A DNA stretch of 64,000 nt from assembly GCA_963733675.1 (NCBI GenBank), contig CAVTET010000005.1, positions 224,001 through 288,000 of the forward strand, given 5' to 3'. Below, piece by piece: positions 1 to 12,699 of this stretch. Position numbers and translations under genes: made by a program. This DNA is from an uncultured Methanosarcinaceae archaeon. GTDB lineage: Archaea; Halobacteriota; Methanosarcinia; Methanosarcinales; Methanosarcinaceae. Numbering within the stretch: the stretch's first letter is position 1; each line of letters begins with the position of its first letter. Under the pieces are notes generated by a model. The model had not been told where the DNA came from. It saw only the letters and a list, made by a program, of their open reading frames with translations, and did no database searches.

Positions 1-383
1 ATCCCGAACATGAGACTAAACTTGAGAATAAAGCTTTTCAATTAGTTGAACATCTAACGAATAACGTAGTCCCTAGGAATGGATAAATATATTTCAAAAC
101 AAAAGAAACGATCGATTTCTTGAAATATACGATAACAGAAGAATACCGAATGAAAGATATCTAAGATCCAAGACAAGTAAAAAAGCCATTATAAAGAAGG
201 CTCGACTTTTTCACGACTGTGTTTTCCTAGATAAGAAAAAGCATGGCAATAGAGATATAAGGATGATTCACAGACCACATCACAGTCTCAATAATTTCAA
301 GTGTAGAATTCCATAGTGTGGTTCTAAGTTAGATGAAGGACGAAATGCTTAATTCACAGTTTTTTGTCTAAAAAAATAAAGCT

Positions 384-1259
384 TTAGAAATATTTTTCTG
401 CACACATTAACACGTGCTTCATTAGCATGGCAATTGTAATCGGCCCTACGCCTCCAGGAACCGGAGTGAGAAGTGAAGCCTTTTTGATTACGTTTTCAAA
501 ATCGACGTCTCCATACACGCCATTTTCTTCTTTGGTGATACCTACATCAAAGATAACTACCCCTTCCTTTACCATATCAGCTTTGATAAGGTATTTTACT
601 CCTGCTGCAACTACAAGGATATCGGCTTCAAGTGTATATTTTTTAAGATTATCTGTAAACATATGGCAAACTGAAACAGTTGCATTACGATTCAGGAACA
701 TTGCTGCCATGGGTCTTCCAACAACATTGCTGTGTCCGATAATAACCACATTTTTTCCCTTTACAGACACATTATACTCCTCAAGAACTCGGATGACTCC
801 ATGGGGGGTACAAGGAACAAGACCTTCATCCCCGATCATGAGTTTTCCCATATTGTAAGGATGAAAACCATCTGCATCTTTTGTCGAGGTTATGGCTTCC
901 ATTGCTTTCTGGGGAGAAAGATGCTTTGGAAGTGGAAGCTGAAGCAGGATCGCATGTACATTTATATCTCTGTTAAGATTATCAATCCGGGAAAAAAGAT
1001 CATCTTGACTGGCTTCTGCTGGAAGAAGGTAATCTTCTGCTCTAATGCCCACACGTTCACAGGCCTTGTGCTTAAGACGGACATACATCTTGGAAGCAGG
1101 ATCCTCACCAACAAGAATTGTCGCAAGCCCTGGGATAACTCCAAGGCTGTTTTTCAGTTCTTTGACTCCTGATCTTACTTCATCTTCGATATGTTGGGCA
1201 AGAAATTTCCCGTCTATTATCCGTGAATAATAGCTTTCAGATGACATTGGTAAGAACAC
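384..1259 (-). CDS. folD: Bifunctional methylenetetrahydrofolate dehydrogenase/cyclohydrolase
   Basis: Motifs [34 protein letters not shown] and TPVPGGVGP. The true start may be the Met at 1247. Confidence 0.96.
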   Translation of the reverse strand: MFLPMSSESYYSRIIDGKFLAQHIEDEVRSGVKELKNSLGVIPGLATILVGEDPASKMYVRLKHKACERVGIRAEDYLLPAEASQDDLFSRIDNLNRDINVHAILLQLPLPKHLSPQKAMEAITSTKDADGFHPYNMGKLMIGDEGLVPCTPHGVIRVLEEYNVSVKGKNVVIIGHSNVVGRPMAAMFLNRNATVSVCHMFTDNLKKYTLEADILVVAAGVKYLIKADMVKEGVVIFDVGITKEENGVYGDVDFENVIKKASLLTPVPGGVGPITIAMLMKHVLMCAEKYF

Positions 1260-1273
1260 CCTAACCTTTTAGA

Positions 1274-2521
1274 TCAGCAATAAACAGGGAACCTTGAGCA
1301 AAGTTCCCTTACATTGCGACTTGTTTCAGAAAGAAGCTTCTCGTTTGCCTGATTCTTGATTGAGATTTCGATATATTCTGCAATCAATTCCATTTCTTTT
1401 TCCTTCATACCCCTTGTAGTACAGGCAGGCGTCCCGAGCCTTATCCCACTAGTGATAAACGGGCTGCGGGTTTCGAAGGGCACTGTGTTCTTGTTTGCAA
1501 TAATCCCAGCTTTGCTCATGGATATTTCCGCATCCTTGCCTGTGATATCCATATTATTCAGGTTGACAAGCATAAGATGATTATCTGTTCCACCAGATAC
1601 GATATAAAATCCTCTCTCCTTCAGACACTTACAAAGAGTTTCTGCATTCTTTACGGTCTGAAACTGGTCCTTCAAAAATTTTTCGCCCATTGCCTCTTTG
1701 AAAGCCACTGCCTTTCCAGCTATGATATGCATAAAGGGACCACCCTGGATACCCGGGAAAACAGCCTTGTTAACTCCGATTGCAAGTTCTTCTGTCCTGG
1801 AGATGATCATTCCGCCCCTTGGACCACGAAGAGTCTTGTGGGTAGTGGTAGTAACGAAATCTGCATAAGGAACAGGACTCTGGTGCAAGCCTGCAACTAC
1901 AAGCCCTGCAATATGTGCAATATCTGCAAGAAGATATGCTCCAACCTCATCGGCAATTTCCCTGAACTGCTTGAAATCGATTTCACGCGGATAAGCAGAC
2001 GCGCCACAGACAATCATTTTTGGTTTACATTCCTTTGCCAGTTCCAGTAGTTCTGTATAGTCAAGAATCTCAGTTTTTTTGCTAACTCCGTAGGGTACAA
2101 TATTGTAAAGCTTTCCGGAAAAACTTACAGGACTGCCATGGGAAAGATGCCCTCCGTGAGATAGGTCCATGGACATTATAGTATCTCCGGGATTTAATAC
2201 CGAGAAGTAAACAGCCATGTTGGCTCCTGAACCTGAATGTGGCTGAACGTTAACGTATTTTGCCTTAAAGATTTCTTTAGCCCTGAAGATCGCAAGATCT
2301 TCAGCAATATCTACAAAGTCGCAGCCTCCATAGTATCGCTTGCCAGAATATCCTTCTGCATATTTGTTAGTCATAATCGAGCCCTGAGCTTCCATAACGG
2401 CTCTACTTGCATAATTTTCAGACGCGATCAGGTTCAATTTGTATTCCTGACGTTCGGCTTCTTTGTTGATAGCCTCGGACAGTTCCGAATCGATTTTATC
2501 AATATAAGACATTACTGTCAC
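1274..2521 (-). CDS. glyA: Serine hydroxymethyltransferase
   Basis: Motifs LIASENY, NKYAEGY and [11 protein letters not shown]-lysine motif [13 protein letters not shown], and SGIRLGT. Confidence 0.98.
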   Translation of the reverse strand: MTVMSYIDKIDSELSEAINKEAERQEYKLNLIASENYASRAVMEAQGSIMTNKYAEGYSGKRYYGGCDFVDIAEDLAIFRAKEIFKAKYVNVQPHSGSGANMAVYFSVLNPGDTIMSMDLSHGGHLSHGSPVSFSGKLYNIVPYGVSKKTEILDYTELLELAKECKPKMIVCGASAYPREIDFKQFREIADEVGAYLLADIAHIAGLVVAGLHQSPVPYADFVTTTTHKTLRGPRGGMIISRTEELAIGVNKAVFPGIQGGPFMHIIAGKAVAFKEAMGEKFLKDQFQTVKNAETLCKCLKERGFYIVSGGTDNHLMLVNLNNMDITGKDAEISMSKAGIIANKNTVPFETRSPFITSGIRLGTPACTTRGMKEKEMELIAEYIEISIKNQANEKLLSETSRNVRELCSRFPVYC

Positions 2522-2934
2522 CTGATAATCTATTACATCTATAACCTATTCTAAATCAAGAGTTTTTGCTGGATTAGATTGATTAATACTAATAAGCAGA
2601 TACTTGAAAGCTTCATATTTGGCGGTATTCGAGAATTTGAAGGTTCAAGAAAATGAGGATTTCGCAGATTGAGATCGTCGGATAAATGGGAGTCATTAAA
2701 CAGCATTATAACTTTTTATATTGGAGGTTCTTATATCAAATTATTAAAACTTCCAGAGAAAAAAATTATGTATGTTTATGAGGCATAGGAGATTTTGAAA
2801 TTTGGAAAATTTTTGTGTCTTAATGTTTCGTGGAAACACCCCTTTTGAATTATTAATAACTACCGAGGCATTAAGGAGACTATTGATAGGTAAAATCTAG
2901 TCTGGCTTGGTCATTAATTCAATCGTTTGATTAA

Positions 2935-3540
2935 TTAAAGGGATATTACAGTTCTACCCTCAATTTTAAGTTTACCCTCGACAAAGAGCCTGACAGCTTC
3001 AGGGTAGATAATATGTTCTTGTTCGAGGATCCTGGCAGTGAGAGTTTCTTCTGTATCACCTTGTATTACAGGCACGCAGCTCTGAAAGATTATTGGGCCG
3101 GAATCCAGTCCTTCATCTACAAAGTGTACGGTACAGCCTGCAACTTTTACCCCGTATTCTAATGCCTGCTTCTGGGCATGGAGTCCTTTAAAAGATGGAA
3201 GAAGAGAAGGATGAATATTCAAGATCCTGTTTCTGTATGCCTCAATAATTTCGGGTCCTAAAAGTTGGAAATAACCTGCAAGTAGAAGAAGGTCAATATC
3301 ATACTGTTTCAAGACCGCAAGTATTTTCCGATCATATCCTGCATTGTCACACCTACTCGGATCAAGAAAAACAGTGCTTATTCCATGATTCTTTCCTCTT
3401 TCAAGTGCATAGGCATCTCCCTTATTGGAAATAACAACATTAATTTCCGCATTCTCTATGTAGCCCTTTTCAATGTTGTTTATAATTGTCTGTAGATTCG
3501 AACCCCTTCCAGATACCAATACTGCAATCTTCACAACCAT
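2935..3540 (-). CDS. purN: Phosphoribosylglycinamide formyltransferase
   Basis: Motifs VSGRGSNLQ, NIHPSLLP and GCTVHFVDEGLDSGPII. Confidence 0.97.
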   Translation of the reverse strand: MVVKIAVLVSGRGSNLQTIINNIEKGYIENAEINVVISNKGDAYALERGKNHGISTVFLDPSRCDNAGYDRKILAVLKQYDIDLLLLAGYFQLLGPEIIEAYRNRILNIHPSLLPSFKGLHAQKQALEYGVKVAGCTVHFVDEGLDSGPIIFQSCVPVIQGDTEETLTARILEQEHIIYPEAVRLFVEGKLKIEGRTVISL

Positions 3541-3688
3541 TGAAGATTTTAGATTGGAACAATGATATATTAGAGTTTTGGAACTATGGGAAATATTTAA
3601 AATGCAAATCGAGACTTAAAATGTAATTTAAATAAGCAAAGATAATAAATGTATTTCTGGATGAATATATAATTCTAAAATCAATTTA

Positions 3689-3777
3689 GAGGATTCTGAT
3701 AAACTCCTGAAATTCGTCATGTGCTTATGAATTATATATAATTGACTCTTGGAAATTAGAAATTTATTGAAATCCTA
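3689..3777 (-). mobile_element. 89-bp MITE copy
   Basis: Ends GAGGATTCTGATAAACTCC and GAAATTTATTGAAATCCTA. The reverse complement contains CACATGACGAATTTCAGGAGTTTATC, shared with the other copies. Confidence 0.75.
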
Positions 3778-3906
3778 TCTACTCTACAATCATGGTAGGT
3801 GCGAAAAAAACTCATTTCAGGCTCGAGAACCAAACAAAGCACAAAAAGACTGATATGACTGTTACTAATTAAACTGTTCAGATTTATCTCCTAGTTTTTT
3901 TCTTTG

Positions 3907-5004
3907 CAGAAATTCTATCCAATATTTCTTTAACATTCCTATATTTATCCCAATCTTTTTTTGATCTATTGTTTGATTTTCAAGATCGCTTCTAAGATCC
4001 TCAAAATACTTATTTTATTTTCAATCTCTCTATTGATAAAAATTATAACAAAAAAACTACACACAACATCTTCAGATTTACTCTTTGAACAATAGTGGCA
4101 AGAACTATTCCTGCTTGAAATATCTTTTTAGTTACTACATAAATTCATTCTCTTGAGCTCTTTTTGAGCTAATCCTCTTGTTTCTTAATATCTCCCTTAT
4201 TTCTAGAGAATGCTCTTTTACTGCTATTTTCACTGTTGAATCATAAATTTTGATTTTGCCAAAGTATCCACTGTATCTGTAAACAATTTCATTTTTTCCT
4301 GATAAATCTACCTGAGAATATGAAGTAATTTAGTTGTTGTTTTGAATTTTCCGATCAACTCATAATTTCTGTCTATTATATTCTGAAGTTTGTATCCAAA
4401 GTGTGACTTAACACTCTTTTTTATTCAACCCCCATCTCCATTTCTCTATTTTTTTGCTTTATTTTCTTGAGGTTTATCAGTTTCTGAATGTCCACTATTT
4501 AACTGAATAAAAGTAGCAGCTTGAATAATTCCCCTATTTTCCAAAACAAGGCAACTAAGTTGGCTCTGCAACTTTCTCCATATTTATTCTTTTTGTAGTT
4601 ATAATCATTCTTTTTCTGAATGAATAGACTGTGGTACTTCCTGGTATATACTAGAAAAACCAAGAAATTTCCTGAAAGAAATTAGACCAATACATTGTTT
4701 CTCAAGTTAAAGGTCTGAAAGACCATTCAATTACTGTAAAAAAAGCATTCTAAAAATAAAGATAACATCAGTTCCAAATATGTCTTAGGAAATGTTTTGT
4801 TAAAAAATATGGACTCAAAAATGATACTAAGAAATTTCCAGTCAATTAAAGGGAATCAATTTAAGCAAGTTTGTCTCCAACTGGTTGAAGACTTTTGTAT
4901 TCTTCTTTAAGAGCAAAATCAGTGAAAGTTTTTATGAGTAAAAATTATTTTTAAAAGATTTACTCTCTTAATACTTAAATGCACAGACGTTTATTGAAAT
5001 TCTC
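3907..5004 (-). mobile_element. Degraded, near full-length IS5-family element with a pseudogenised transposase
   Basis: Minus-strand fragments FTDFALKEEYK..VGDKLA, ISFRKFLGF, KSHFGYKLQNIID and SQVDLS with many stops and frameshifts. Terminal IR GACGTTTATTGAAATTCTC ends at 5004. The left boundary is approximate. Confidence 0.8.
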
Positions 5005-5814
5005 TATTTCAGAAATTATGACACAAAAAAGGGGACAAAAATATAAAAGTGTTCTCATTAGTTAGCCCTTTTTGAAATTCAGTTTGAAAAAAATTAGAAT
5101 ATGAAATATGAATGCAGTCTTTAGGAGCTTACCTCCAAAATCCTTTTCAAAAGCATATCGGAGTTTCAGTGAGATAAAAATAAGCAAAAGACTAGGCGTC
5201 TATAAAAAGATACATGTTCGTGCAATAACCTAAAATAGGGGTGTAATTCCCTGATTTTTAGATCAGAGAGTTTTCTTAGAATAAAGGGTAATTTCACATA
5301 TTTGCCGTAAATTTAAAACAAATTTTTTTAGATTGTATCTAATTTGGTTCTTCATATGTATGATTCCCTTATTCATAATTTCTTGATATTTGCTATTCCA
5401 CACAAAGATCTAGATGCTGTAAATAAATTTTAGGGATTTTAATGGGTATAACAATTACTGGAAATATTATTAGTGTTAGTATGATTCAAGAGTTTTTGCT
5501 CTGATTAAGTGGTTTCAGGTTGTGGATAATACTTATATATATAGTTATTGATTTTTTTTAAATATATTTTGTCTTCATAAGTTATAGATCCACTGCAAAA
5601 TCTGAAGATACAAAAAAATACTTGATTTTGAAATTAATATTTGATGTACATGGGTTTTGCTTATATGAACAACCGCTTCTCTGAATATCAAAAATAATTT
5701 TGGTTATAAGATTTTCTTCAATGGCAACACATTATATATATATTTACATCACATCTATCACGTTTAAGATTTTCAAAGGTAATGTATAAATTCTAAAAAA
5801 GATTCATTAAGTTT

Positions 5815-7032
5815 ATGAAAGCTATCATCCTAGCAGCAGGAGAGGGGCTTCGCTGCAGGCCTCTGACTCTCACGCGTTCAAAAGTAATGCTGCCTATCGC
5901 CAACAGGCCAATTTTGGAGCATGTTATTGATTCGCTTGAAAAGAATGGAATTAATGAAATTATATTGGTTGTTGGTTATGAAAAAGAACGAATAATGGAC
6001 TATTTTCAAGATGGTCTCAACTTTGGAGTAAAAATAAAATATGTAGAACAGAAAGCTCAGCTTGGCACAGCACATGCAATCGAACAAGCAAAAAAATTAA
6101 TCGATCTCGAAGATTCAGGATTTCTCGTTCTAAATGGTGACAATCTGGTGGAACCGAAAACCATAGCTGATCTTCTTAATAATTATAAGGGGGATGCGAG
6201 CCTTCTAACAGTAAGGATGGAAGATACTGCAGGTTATGGTGTGGTGTTGAAAGAAAAGGAAAAGGTTACCAAAATTCTGGAAAAACGACCTGGTGATATT
6301 AGTCGTATTGTAAATACTGGAATTTATATTTTCACCCCACAAATCTTTGAAACTATTGAAAAAACCCCTATCTCGGAAAATGGAGAGTATGCAATCACAG
6401 ATACCATTCAGCTTATGATCAATGAGGGAAAAACAGTTACTTCTGTCCCGACAGAATCTAAATGGTTGGACGCTATCCATGCATGGGATCTGTTAAAAGC
6501 AAATGCCATAGTCTTGGACCCTGTAAAGAATTTGAGAATAGAAGGAGAAATTGAAGAAGGAGTTGTAATCCGGGGGAAGGTAGCAATAGGAAAAAATACT
6601 AAAATTCGCTCTGGAACTTACATCGTAGGTCCTGTAGTCATAGGAGATAATTGCGACGTCGGTCCTAATGTTGTAGTTCTGCCTTCCACAACAATAGGAA
6701 ATAATGTATCAATCAGGTCATTTACCGAGATTCAAAACAGCATAATAATGAATGACTGCAGGATATACTCACATGGGCAAATATCTCATTCAATAATTGG
6801 AAGCAACAATACAATTGGCTCAGGTTTGTTTGTTGAAGAAAAAGACGGACTGTTGATCATTATGAACGGAATCATCCATCGAGCCCCCAGACTTGGTACC
6901 ATTTTTGGGGATGATAATCGGATAGGAAACAGTGTCCTTGTGAAAGCTGGAGTAACGATAGCGGTGGACTGCTTGGTGGAATCTGGGAACACCATCTACA
7001 AAGATCTGCCCCGTCATTCAGTGGTTCTTTAA
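5815..7032 (+). CDS. glmU: Bifunctional sugar-1-phosphate nucleotidylyltransferase/acetyltransferase (archaeal GlmU-like)
   Basis: ILAAGEGLR..PLT, QLGTAHA and NGD motifs, C-terminal hexapeptide repeats, operon context with glmS and glmM. Confidence 0.85.
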   Translation: MKAIILAAGEGLRCRPLTLTRSKVMLPIANRPILEHVIDSLEKNGINEIILVVGYEKERIMDYFQDGLNFGVKIKYVEQKAQLGTAHAIEQAKKLIDLEDSGFLVLNGDNLVEPKTIADLLNNYKGDASLLTVRMEDTAGYGVVLKEKEKVTKILEKRPGDISRIVNTGIYIFTPQIFETIEKTPISENGEYAITDTIQLMINEGKTVTSVPTESKWLDAIHAWDLLKANAIVLDPVKNLRIEGEIEEGVVIRGKVAIGKNTKIRSGTYIVGPVVIGDNCDVGPNVVVLPSTTIGNNVSIRSFTEIQNSIIMNDCRIYSHGQISHSIIGSNNTIGSGLFVEEKDGLLIIMNGIIHRAPRLGTIFGDDNRIGNSVLVKAGVTIAVDCLVESGNTIYKDLPRHSVVL

Positions 7033-7054
7033 TTTCCAAAAAGGGGGTAAAAAA

Positions 7055-8908
7055 ATGTGTGGAATTGTAGGATATGCAGGGAAGAATTCAGCTGCATCTT
7101 TAATTATCGAATCCCTCAAAAAACTAGAATATCGAGGATATGATTCTGCTGGTATTACGATTCTGGGAAGCGAAATCAAAACTTACAAATCAGTAGGAAA
7201 AATTGTAAACCTTGAAGCCATAATCCCTAAAGAAATAAGTGGTAACATAGGAATAGGGCATACTCGATGGGCGACTCACGGACGACCGAGTACAGTAAAC
7301 GCCCACCCGCATAACTCTGGGAATCCATCGAAGATCTCGGTCGTGCATAATGGGATAATCGAGAATTACATGGCATTGAAAGAGCAATTAACTGCAGAAG
7401 GATACAAATTCATATCGGAAACAGATACTGAAGTGGTCGCACATCTACTTCATAAGCACATCTATGGGAGTCCGGATGGAAATAAAGCAAAGTGCGAAAT
7501 CTTTACAGGACTTCAGAGAACCCTCACGGAAATTGAGGGTTCTTACGCCTTTGCAATTATCTGTGCTGACGAACCTGGAAAACTCGTTCTTGCCCGAAAA
7601 GACAGCCCACTTGTTATAGGGCTTGGAAAAGGGGAAAACTTTGCCGCATCAGATGTAACTGCTTTTCTTAATTATACAAGAGATGTTATCTTCATAAATG
7701 ACTTTGAAACAGTGGTTTTGACTCCTGGCAGTGTAGAGATTTTTGACAAAGAGGGGAAAATCCGCGAAAAGAAAATAGAAACTATAGAATGGGACTTCGA
7801 AGCTGCTGAAAAAGCCGGTTACGAGCATTTCATGCTTAAGGAGATTCATGAGCAGGTAAGTGCAATTCATAATACACTCTCAGGCAAGGTCTCGGAACTT
7901 GAAGGGGAAATATATCTCGAAGAACTGAACATGACTGATGAGGAGATAAGGAAGCTCTCAAGAATCCAGATATTGGCATGTGGGACCTCCTGGCATGCAG
8001 GTATGCTTGGAAAATACCTTTTTGAGCAGTTGGCAGGAATTCACTGTGATATAGATATCTGCTCGGAATATAGGTATAGAAACCCTGTTATGAATAATGG
8101 AACACTGGCAATAGCTATCACCCAATCAGGGGAAACTGCAGATACTCTTGCAGCTGTGCGGGAGATAATGTCTTACAATTGCCCTACCCTTGCAATCACC
8201 AACGTTGTAGGAAGTACTATTACAAGAGAAGCAAATAGTGTGCTATATACTAGAGCAGGGCCCGAGATAGGAGTTGCGGCAACCAAGACCTTCAGCACCC
8301 AAATTACCATTCTTTATCTGCTCGCCGTCAAATTTGCCCTCTCAAGAGGCAAGTTAAGCCCTGATTATGTTAAAAGATTCATTACGGCGATCAGGAAGGT
8401 TCCGGGGCAGATTCAACAAATTCTCAACCAGCAAGAATCAATGAAGGAATGTGCAGAGAACTTTGCTCATGCAAAAAGCTATTTCTTCCTTGGAAGGCAC
8501 CTGAACTATCCAATTGCCCTTGAAGGAGCTCTTAAACTAAAAGAGATCTCATACGTGCATGCAGAGGGCTTTGCCGCTGGAGAGCTTAAGCATGGACCAA
8601 TTGCCCTACTTGAAAAAGGAACACCTGTAGTCACAATTGCAACAAGAGGTCCTACCTACGAAAAGGTGCTGAGCAATATAAAAGAAGTAAAAGCAAGAGA
8701 TGCGATAGTCATAGCAGTTGCTAATAATACGGATACTGAGATAGGAAAGTATGCAGATATTGTGCTCACAGTTCCTCAGAGTGACGAATTATTGTCGCCC
8801 CTGCTGACTGTCGTGGTCCTCCAGCTGCTTGCTTATTATACAGCTCTTGCTAGAGGCTGCTCTATTGACAAGCCGCGCAATCTTGCAAAAAGCGTCACTG
8901 TAGAATAA
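7055..8908 (+). CDS. glmS: Glutamine--fructose-6-phosphate transaminase (isomerizing)
   Basis: N-terminal [31 protein letters not shown]-like TQSGETADT and C-terminal [11 protein letters not shown]. Confidence 0.98.
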   Translation: MCGIVGYAGKNSAASLIIESLKKLEYRGYDSAGITILGSEIKTYKSVGKIVNLEAIIPKEISGNIGIGHTRWATHGRPSTVNAHPHNSGNPSKISVVHNGIIENYMALKEQLTAEGYKFISETDTEVVAHLLHKHIYGSPDGNKAKCEIFTGLQRTLTEIEGSYAFAIICADEPGKLVLARKDSPLVIGLGKGENFAASDVTAFLNYTRDVIFINDFETVVLTPGSVEIFDKEGKIREKKIETIEWDFEAAEKAGYEHFMLKEIHEQVSAIHNTLSGKVSELEGEIYLEELNMTDEEIRKLSRIQILACGTSWHAGMLGKYLFEQLAGIHCDIDICSEYRYRNPVMNNGTLAIAITQSGETADTLAAVREIMSYNCPTLAITNVVGSTITREANSVLYTRAGPEIGVAATKTFSTQITILYLLAVKFALSRGKLSPDYVKRFITAIRKVPGQIQQILNQQESMKECAENFAHAKSYFFLGRHLNYPIALEGALKLKEISYVHAEGFAAGELKHGPIALLEKGTPVVTIATRGPTYEKVLSNIKEVKARDAIVIAVANNTDTEIGKYADIVLTVPQSDELLSPLLTVVVLQLLAYYTALARGCSIDKPRNLAKSVTVE

Positions 8909-8988
8909 TAAGACGGATTGGATATTTCAAAATTGAAAACAACGAAAATTCAGGGAGAATTATTTTAGAAAATTGCGGAGCGAGACGT

Positions 8989-10293
8989 ATGAAACTCTTT
9001 GGATCTTCAGGAATAAGAGGCATAGCAAACAAAGAAATCACACCTGAACTTGCACTTAAAGTCGGGCTCGTACTGGGAAGTCGGAAAAAAACTGCTGTTA
9101 TCGGGAGGGATCCAAGGGTCTCGGCACCTATGATAGAGCATGCTCTTATTTCAGGACTTACTTCAGCAGGTTGTGATGTTACAGAAATCGGCCTTGTTAC
9201 CACCCCAACCTTGGCATATGCTGCAAGAGCTTACGAATGTGGTGTAATGGTCACAGCCTCACATAATCCATCTGAATATATCGGAATTAAATTCTGGAAT
9301 CCTGATGGTATGGCTTTTGATTCGGCCCAGCAGGATGAGATTGAAAAAGCTATTGAAACAGAGGGCTTTACAAGGGTTCCCTGGAACCTGATAGGCAAAT
9401 TCGAAGAAGATGGAAATGCTATTCGGGCCCATATGAATAAGATCAAAAAATTAGTAGGAAATTCTAGTTTGAAAATAGTACTGGACTGTGGGTGTGGAGC
9501 AGGAGGAACGATTACTCCTTATCTTCTTCAGGAACTGGGTTGTGAGGTAATAACCCTTAACGCTCAGCCTGATGGGCATTTTCCTGCAAGAAATCCGGAA
9601 CCAAACGATGAAAACCTTTCTCTGCTCAAAAAAACGGTTTTGGATTTCGGAGCCAATCTGGGTATAGCGCATGACGGTGATGCAGATAGAATGATGGCAG
9701 TAGATGAGAAAGGTAATTTCGTGTCAGGAGACGAGCTGCTTACTATTTTCGGGTTCTATGAATGTGGAGATAGCAAAGGGACCGTGGTTGTGCCTGTGGA
9801 CACCTCCATGATGGTTGATGATTTCCTCAAGGATTCTAAAATCATGAGAACCAAGGTTGGAGATGTCTATGTTGCTGAGGGTATAAAAAAGTTCAACGCC
9901 ACCTACGGAGGCGAACCTTCAGGAAGCTGGATTTTCCCAAAAATTTCCTACTGCCCGGATGGAGTTTATGCAGCCGCAAAGATTGTCGAGATTGTGAAGG
10001 AAAAGAAACTAAGCGAACTCAGGGAAGAACTCCCTCGTTATGCCACTAAAAGAGGGACTCTGCCCTGTGAAAACGAAAAAAAAGCAGAGTTTATGGAAAG
10101 GTTAACGGTGAAACTCGAGCCCCTGGGAGAAGTCCTTGATATAGATGGTATCCGCGTGAATATGGAAACCGGTTGGGTGCTGATACGTCCCTCAGGCACA
10201 GAGGCAAAAGTTAGAATTACAGCTGAAGCCAGGGAAAATGTTGATGAAATTTTTGAAATGGCTGTAAATATAGTGACGGAGGCACTTAAATGA
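8989..10293 (+). CDS. glmM: Phosphoglucosamine mutase
   Basis: TASHNP phosphoserine loop, DGDADR metal loop, GGEPSG and RPSGTE motifs; lies directly after glmS. Confidence 0.93.
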   Translation: MKLFGSSGIRGIANKEITPELALKVGLVLGSRKKTAVIGRDPRVSAPMIEHALISGLTSAGCDVTEIGLVTTPTLAYAARAYECGVMVTASHNPSEYIGIKFWNPDGMAFDSAQQDEIEKAIETEGFTRVPWNLIGKFEEDGNAIRAHMNKIKKLVGNSSLKIVLDCGCGAGGTITPYLLQELGCEVITLNAQPDGHFPARNPEPNDENLSLLKKTVLDFGANLGIAHDGDADRMMAVDEKGNFVSGDELLTIFGFYECGDSKGTVVVPVDTSMMVDDFLKDSKIMRTKVGDVYVAEGIKKFNATYGGEPSGSWIFPKISYCPDGVYAAAKIVEIVKEKKLSELREELPRYATKRGTLPCENEKKAEFMERLTVKLEPLGEVLDIDGIRVNMETGWVLIRPSGTEAKVRITAEARENVDEIFEMAVNIVTEALK

Positions 10294-11483
10294 AGGCAGT
10301 TGTCCTTGTGGCAGGCAAAGGTACAAGGATGGAGCCACTAACTTCTGAATGTCCTAAAGTAATGCTCCCGGTTGCAAATAAACCCATTATCGAACATATT
10401 CTGAACTCAGCGGTAGAAGCAGGTATTGAAAGTTTTGTCTTCATTACAGGATATATGGAAAGGCAGATAAGGGAGTATTTCGGAGATGGAAGTAAATTTG
10501 GATTAAGCATAGATTACGTACATCAGAAGGAACAGTTAGGAACTGCAAATGCAATTGGTTATGCAAAGAGATATGTTGAAGAGGCTTTTCTTGTACTTAA
10601 CGGAGACATGCTAATCGGAAAGGAGGACTTAAAAACCTTGATTTCAAGATCAGAAGAAGCTTTGATCTGTGTGAAAGAGGTGGAAAACCCGTCTGATTTT
10701 GGGGTGCTTGAGATCGAAAATAATAAAGTGGTCAGGATAATTGAAAAACCTGTAAATCCTCCAACTAACCTTGCAAATGCCGGAATATATCTCTTCAGAG
10801 ACTCAATATTTGATTTCATTGACAGAACCCATGCTTCAGTAAGAAATGAATTAGAGATTACGGATTCGATCCAGATGTTAATCGATAGTGGGGTGACTGT
10901 TGGTTACAGTCCTCTGGCGGGCAAGTGGATAGATATAGGATACCCCTGGGACCTTCTGAAAGCAAATGAGACCCTCCTGAAAGATCTTAAAAGCAGTTTT
11001 GAAGGCACAGTGGAACCGAATACAACCATAAAAGGCGAAGTTGTTATCGGGAAAGGCACTCTTATAAGAAGCGGTTCGTATATCGAAGGGCCTGTTGCAA
11101 TAGGGGAAAATTGTGATATAGGTCCAAACTGCTTTATTCGTCCTTACACTGCTATCGGGAAAAATGTCAGGGTTGGAAATGCAGTGGAGATAAAGAATTC
11201 GATTATTATGGAGGATACCCATGTAGGGCATCTGAGTTATGTAGGTGATAGTATTATCGGCCGGCGCTGTAATTTTGGAGCTGGCACAAAAGTTGCAAAT
11301 CTCCGTCACGATGGAAGAAATATAAAAGTTAGGCTTAAGGGCAAAATTCTCGACTCTGGCAGGAGAAAACTTGGTGTGATTATGGGAGATGATGTGCATA
11401 CCGGTATTAATACAAGTATAAATACCGGCGTAATAATGGAAAAAGGTAGATATACATATCCAGGCGAAATTATACAACATTGA
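10290..11483 (+). CDS. glmU: Bifunctional sugar-1-phosphate nucleotidylyltransferase/acetyltransferase (GlmU paralog)
   Basis: [20 protein letters not shown] and NFGAGT motifs with hexapeptide repeats. Overlaps the glmM stop codon. Confidence 0.9.
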   Translation: MKAVVLVAGKGTRMEPLTSECPKVMLPVANKPIIEHILNSAVEAGIESFVFITGYMERQIREYFGDGSKFGLSIDYVHQKEQLGTANAIGYAKRYVEEAFLVLNGDMLIGKEDLKTLISRSEEALICVKEVENPSDFGVLEIENNKVVRIIEKPVNPPTNLANAGIYLFRDSIFDFIDRTHASVRNELEITDSIQMLIDSGVTVGYSPLAGKWIDIGYPWDLLKANETLLKDLKSSFEGTVEPNTTIKGEVVIGKGTLIRSGSYIEGPVAIGENCDIGPNCFIRPYTAIGKNVRVGNAVEIKNSIIMEDTHVGHLSYVGDSIIGRRCNFGAGTKVANLRHDGRNIKVRLKGKILDSGRRKLGVIMGDDVHTGINTSINTGVIMEKGRYTYPGEIIQH

Positions 11484-12699
11484 GCCTAATATTAAAATGC
11501 TTGAAAGTAAAAATAAGGATACTTTTTCCAAAAGAAGATTAAGGGAAATTTAAATATCGGAACTCTTTTATAAGTATATATCTAGAATTGCTTCAGCCTG
11601 AGCATTACACTTATGGGGAATCCTTTATTTTTAATCTTAAAAGAGTCTTCATCCATACTTTTTGCAGTTTAGTCAAATGATTTTTTTGAATCAAATATTT
11701 TGTACTGATACTCATGGATTGGATAAAATATATTAAATTCCTCTTTGAAAATTGAACTGCGTTTTTTATGTGCTAACCATTCTAAGAACTATCATATGTT
11801 AGTATCAATTCCAATCATATTCTCTTTATGTAAATATATTATCCTATTTTGAAAGAGCTTTATTCTCAACCAGATTTATATCTAAGTCCAAGCAAACTTT
11901 TTTTCAACAAGATTTAGTTATTATAACCTGTTACGTTGTAGACTGATAAATTTTCTCCAACTAGAGGGCCCAAAATAATTTTTTAAGCAATAATAATACT
12001 TGATTATTATTTGCTTTTTTGTAGTATGAACTAATGTTTGCCTTAGTAATATCATGCGTATTAAAAAGTACCCAAGCTCATAGTTAAACAAATGTACTTA
12101 CCTTAAACATAGTAAAATTAAATTATATTTATAGACCCTATTTATTTATCTATTTATTCTTAAATCTAATATCTACTAAATGTAACTGCATTTTGTTTCT
12201 CGCTTATAAAAGATGAAGAAGGGAATTGTAGGTTAGCTTCTATTATTTGATTATGTATTCCGAAAATGCTCTGAATGAAGTCTCCAAATGGTTTTCCATA
12301 CTTCTGTGAGTCGACAGTATACATTTCTCACGATGGAAACTTAATCATGAAAATATCAAAGATTTAATTCTGTAATACGCAATTTTAAGTAAAGAAATTC
12401 TTAAAAAAAGCAAATTTACAAAGTTATTAGGATGTATTTTACAAAACAGGATAAAATCAATCAAGTACACTGTACTTAGAAATCTCCAAAAACAAAGAAC
12501 TATTCAGAAATCAGTTTAGGAGTTATATTTCCTATTTATATATACATTCGGAGATACAACTACATGTGTAAAACTATCAAGATATTTATTCAAACTTACT
12601 AGTTCCAACGTAAATTATTAATTCAAAGCTGCTCAAAATTGGGGTCTAGTATGAGTAGCTGATGTAGATACTATTTGGTAAAGGGGGCTTGATTTACCA

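Noticed and set aside
427-2554. Plus-strand ORFs overlapping folD and glyA, and similar antisense ORFs elsewhere (10878-11531, 44300-45239, 55399-55998)
   Set aside because: They are antisense to well-supported genes and carry no recognisable motifs.
2556-5500. Exact 15-mer TCAAGAGTTTTTGCT near glyA (2556) and glmU (5486)
   Set aside because: A 15-bp match is about what chance gives in 64 kb of AT-rich DNA, and its position and orientation relative to the genes differ.
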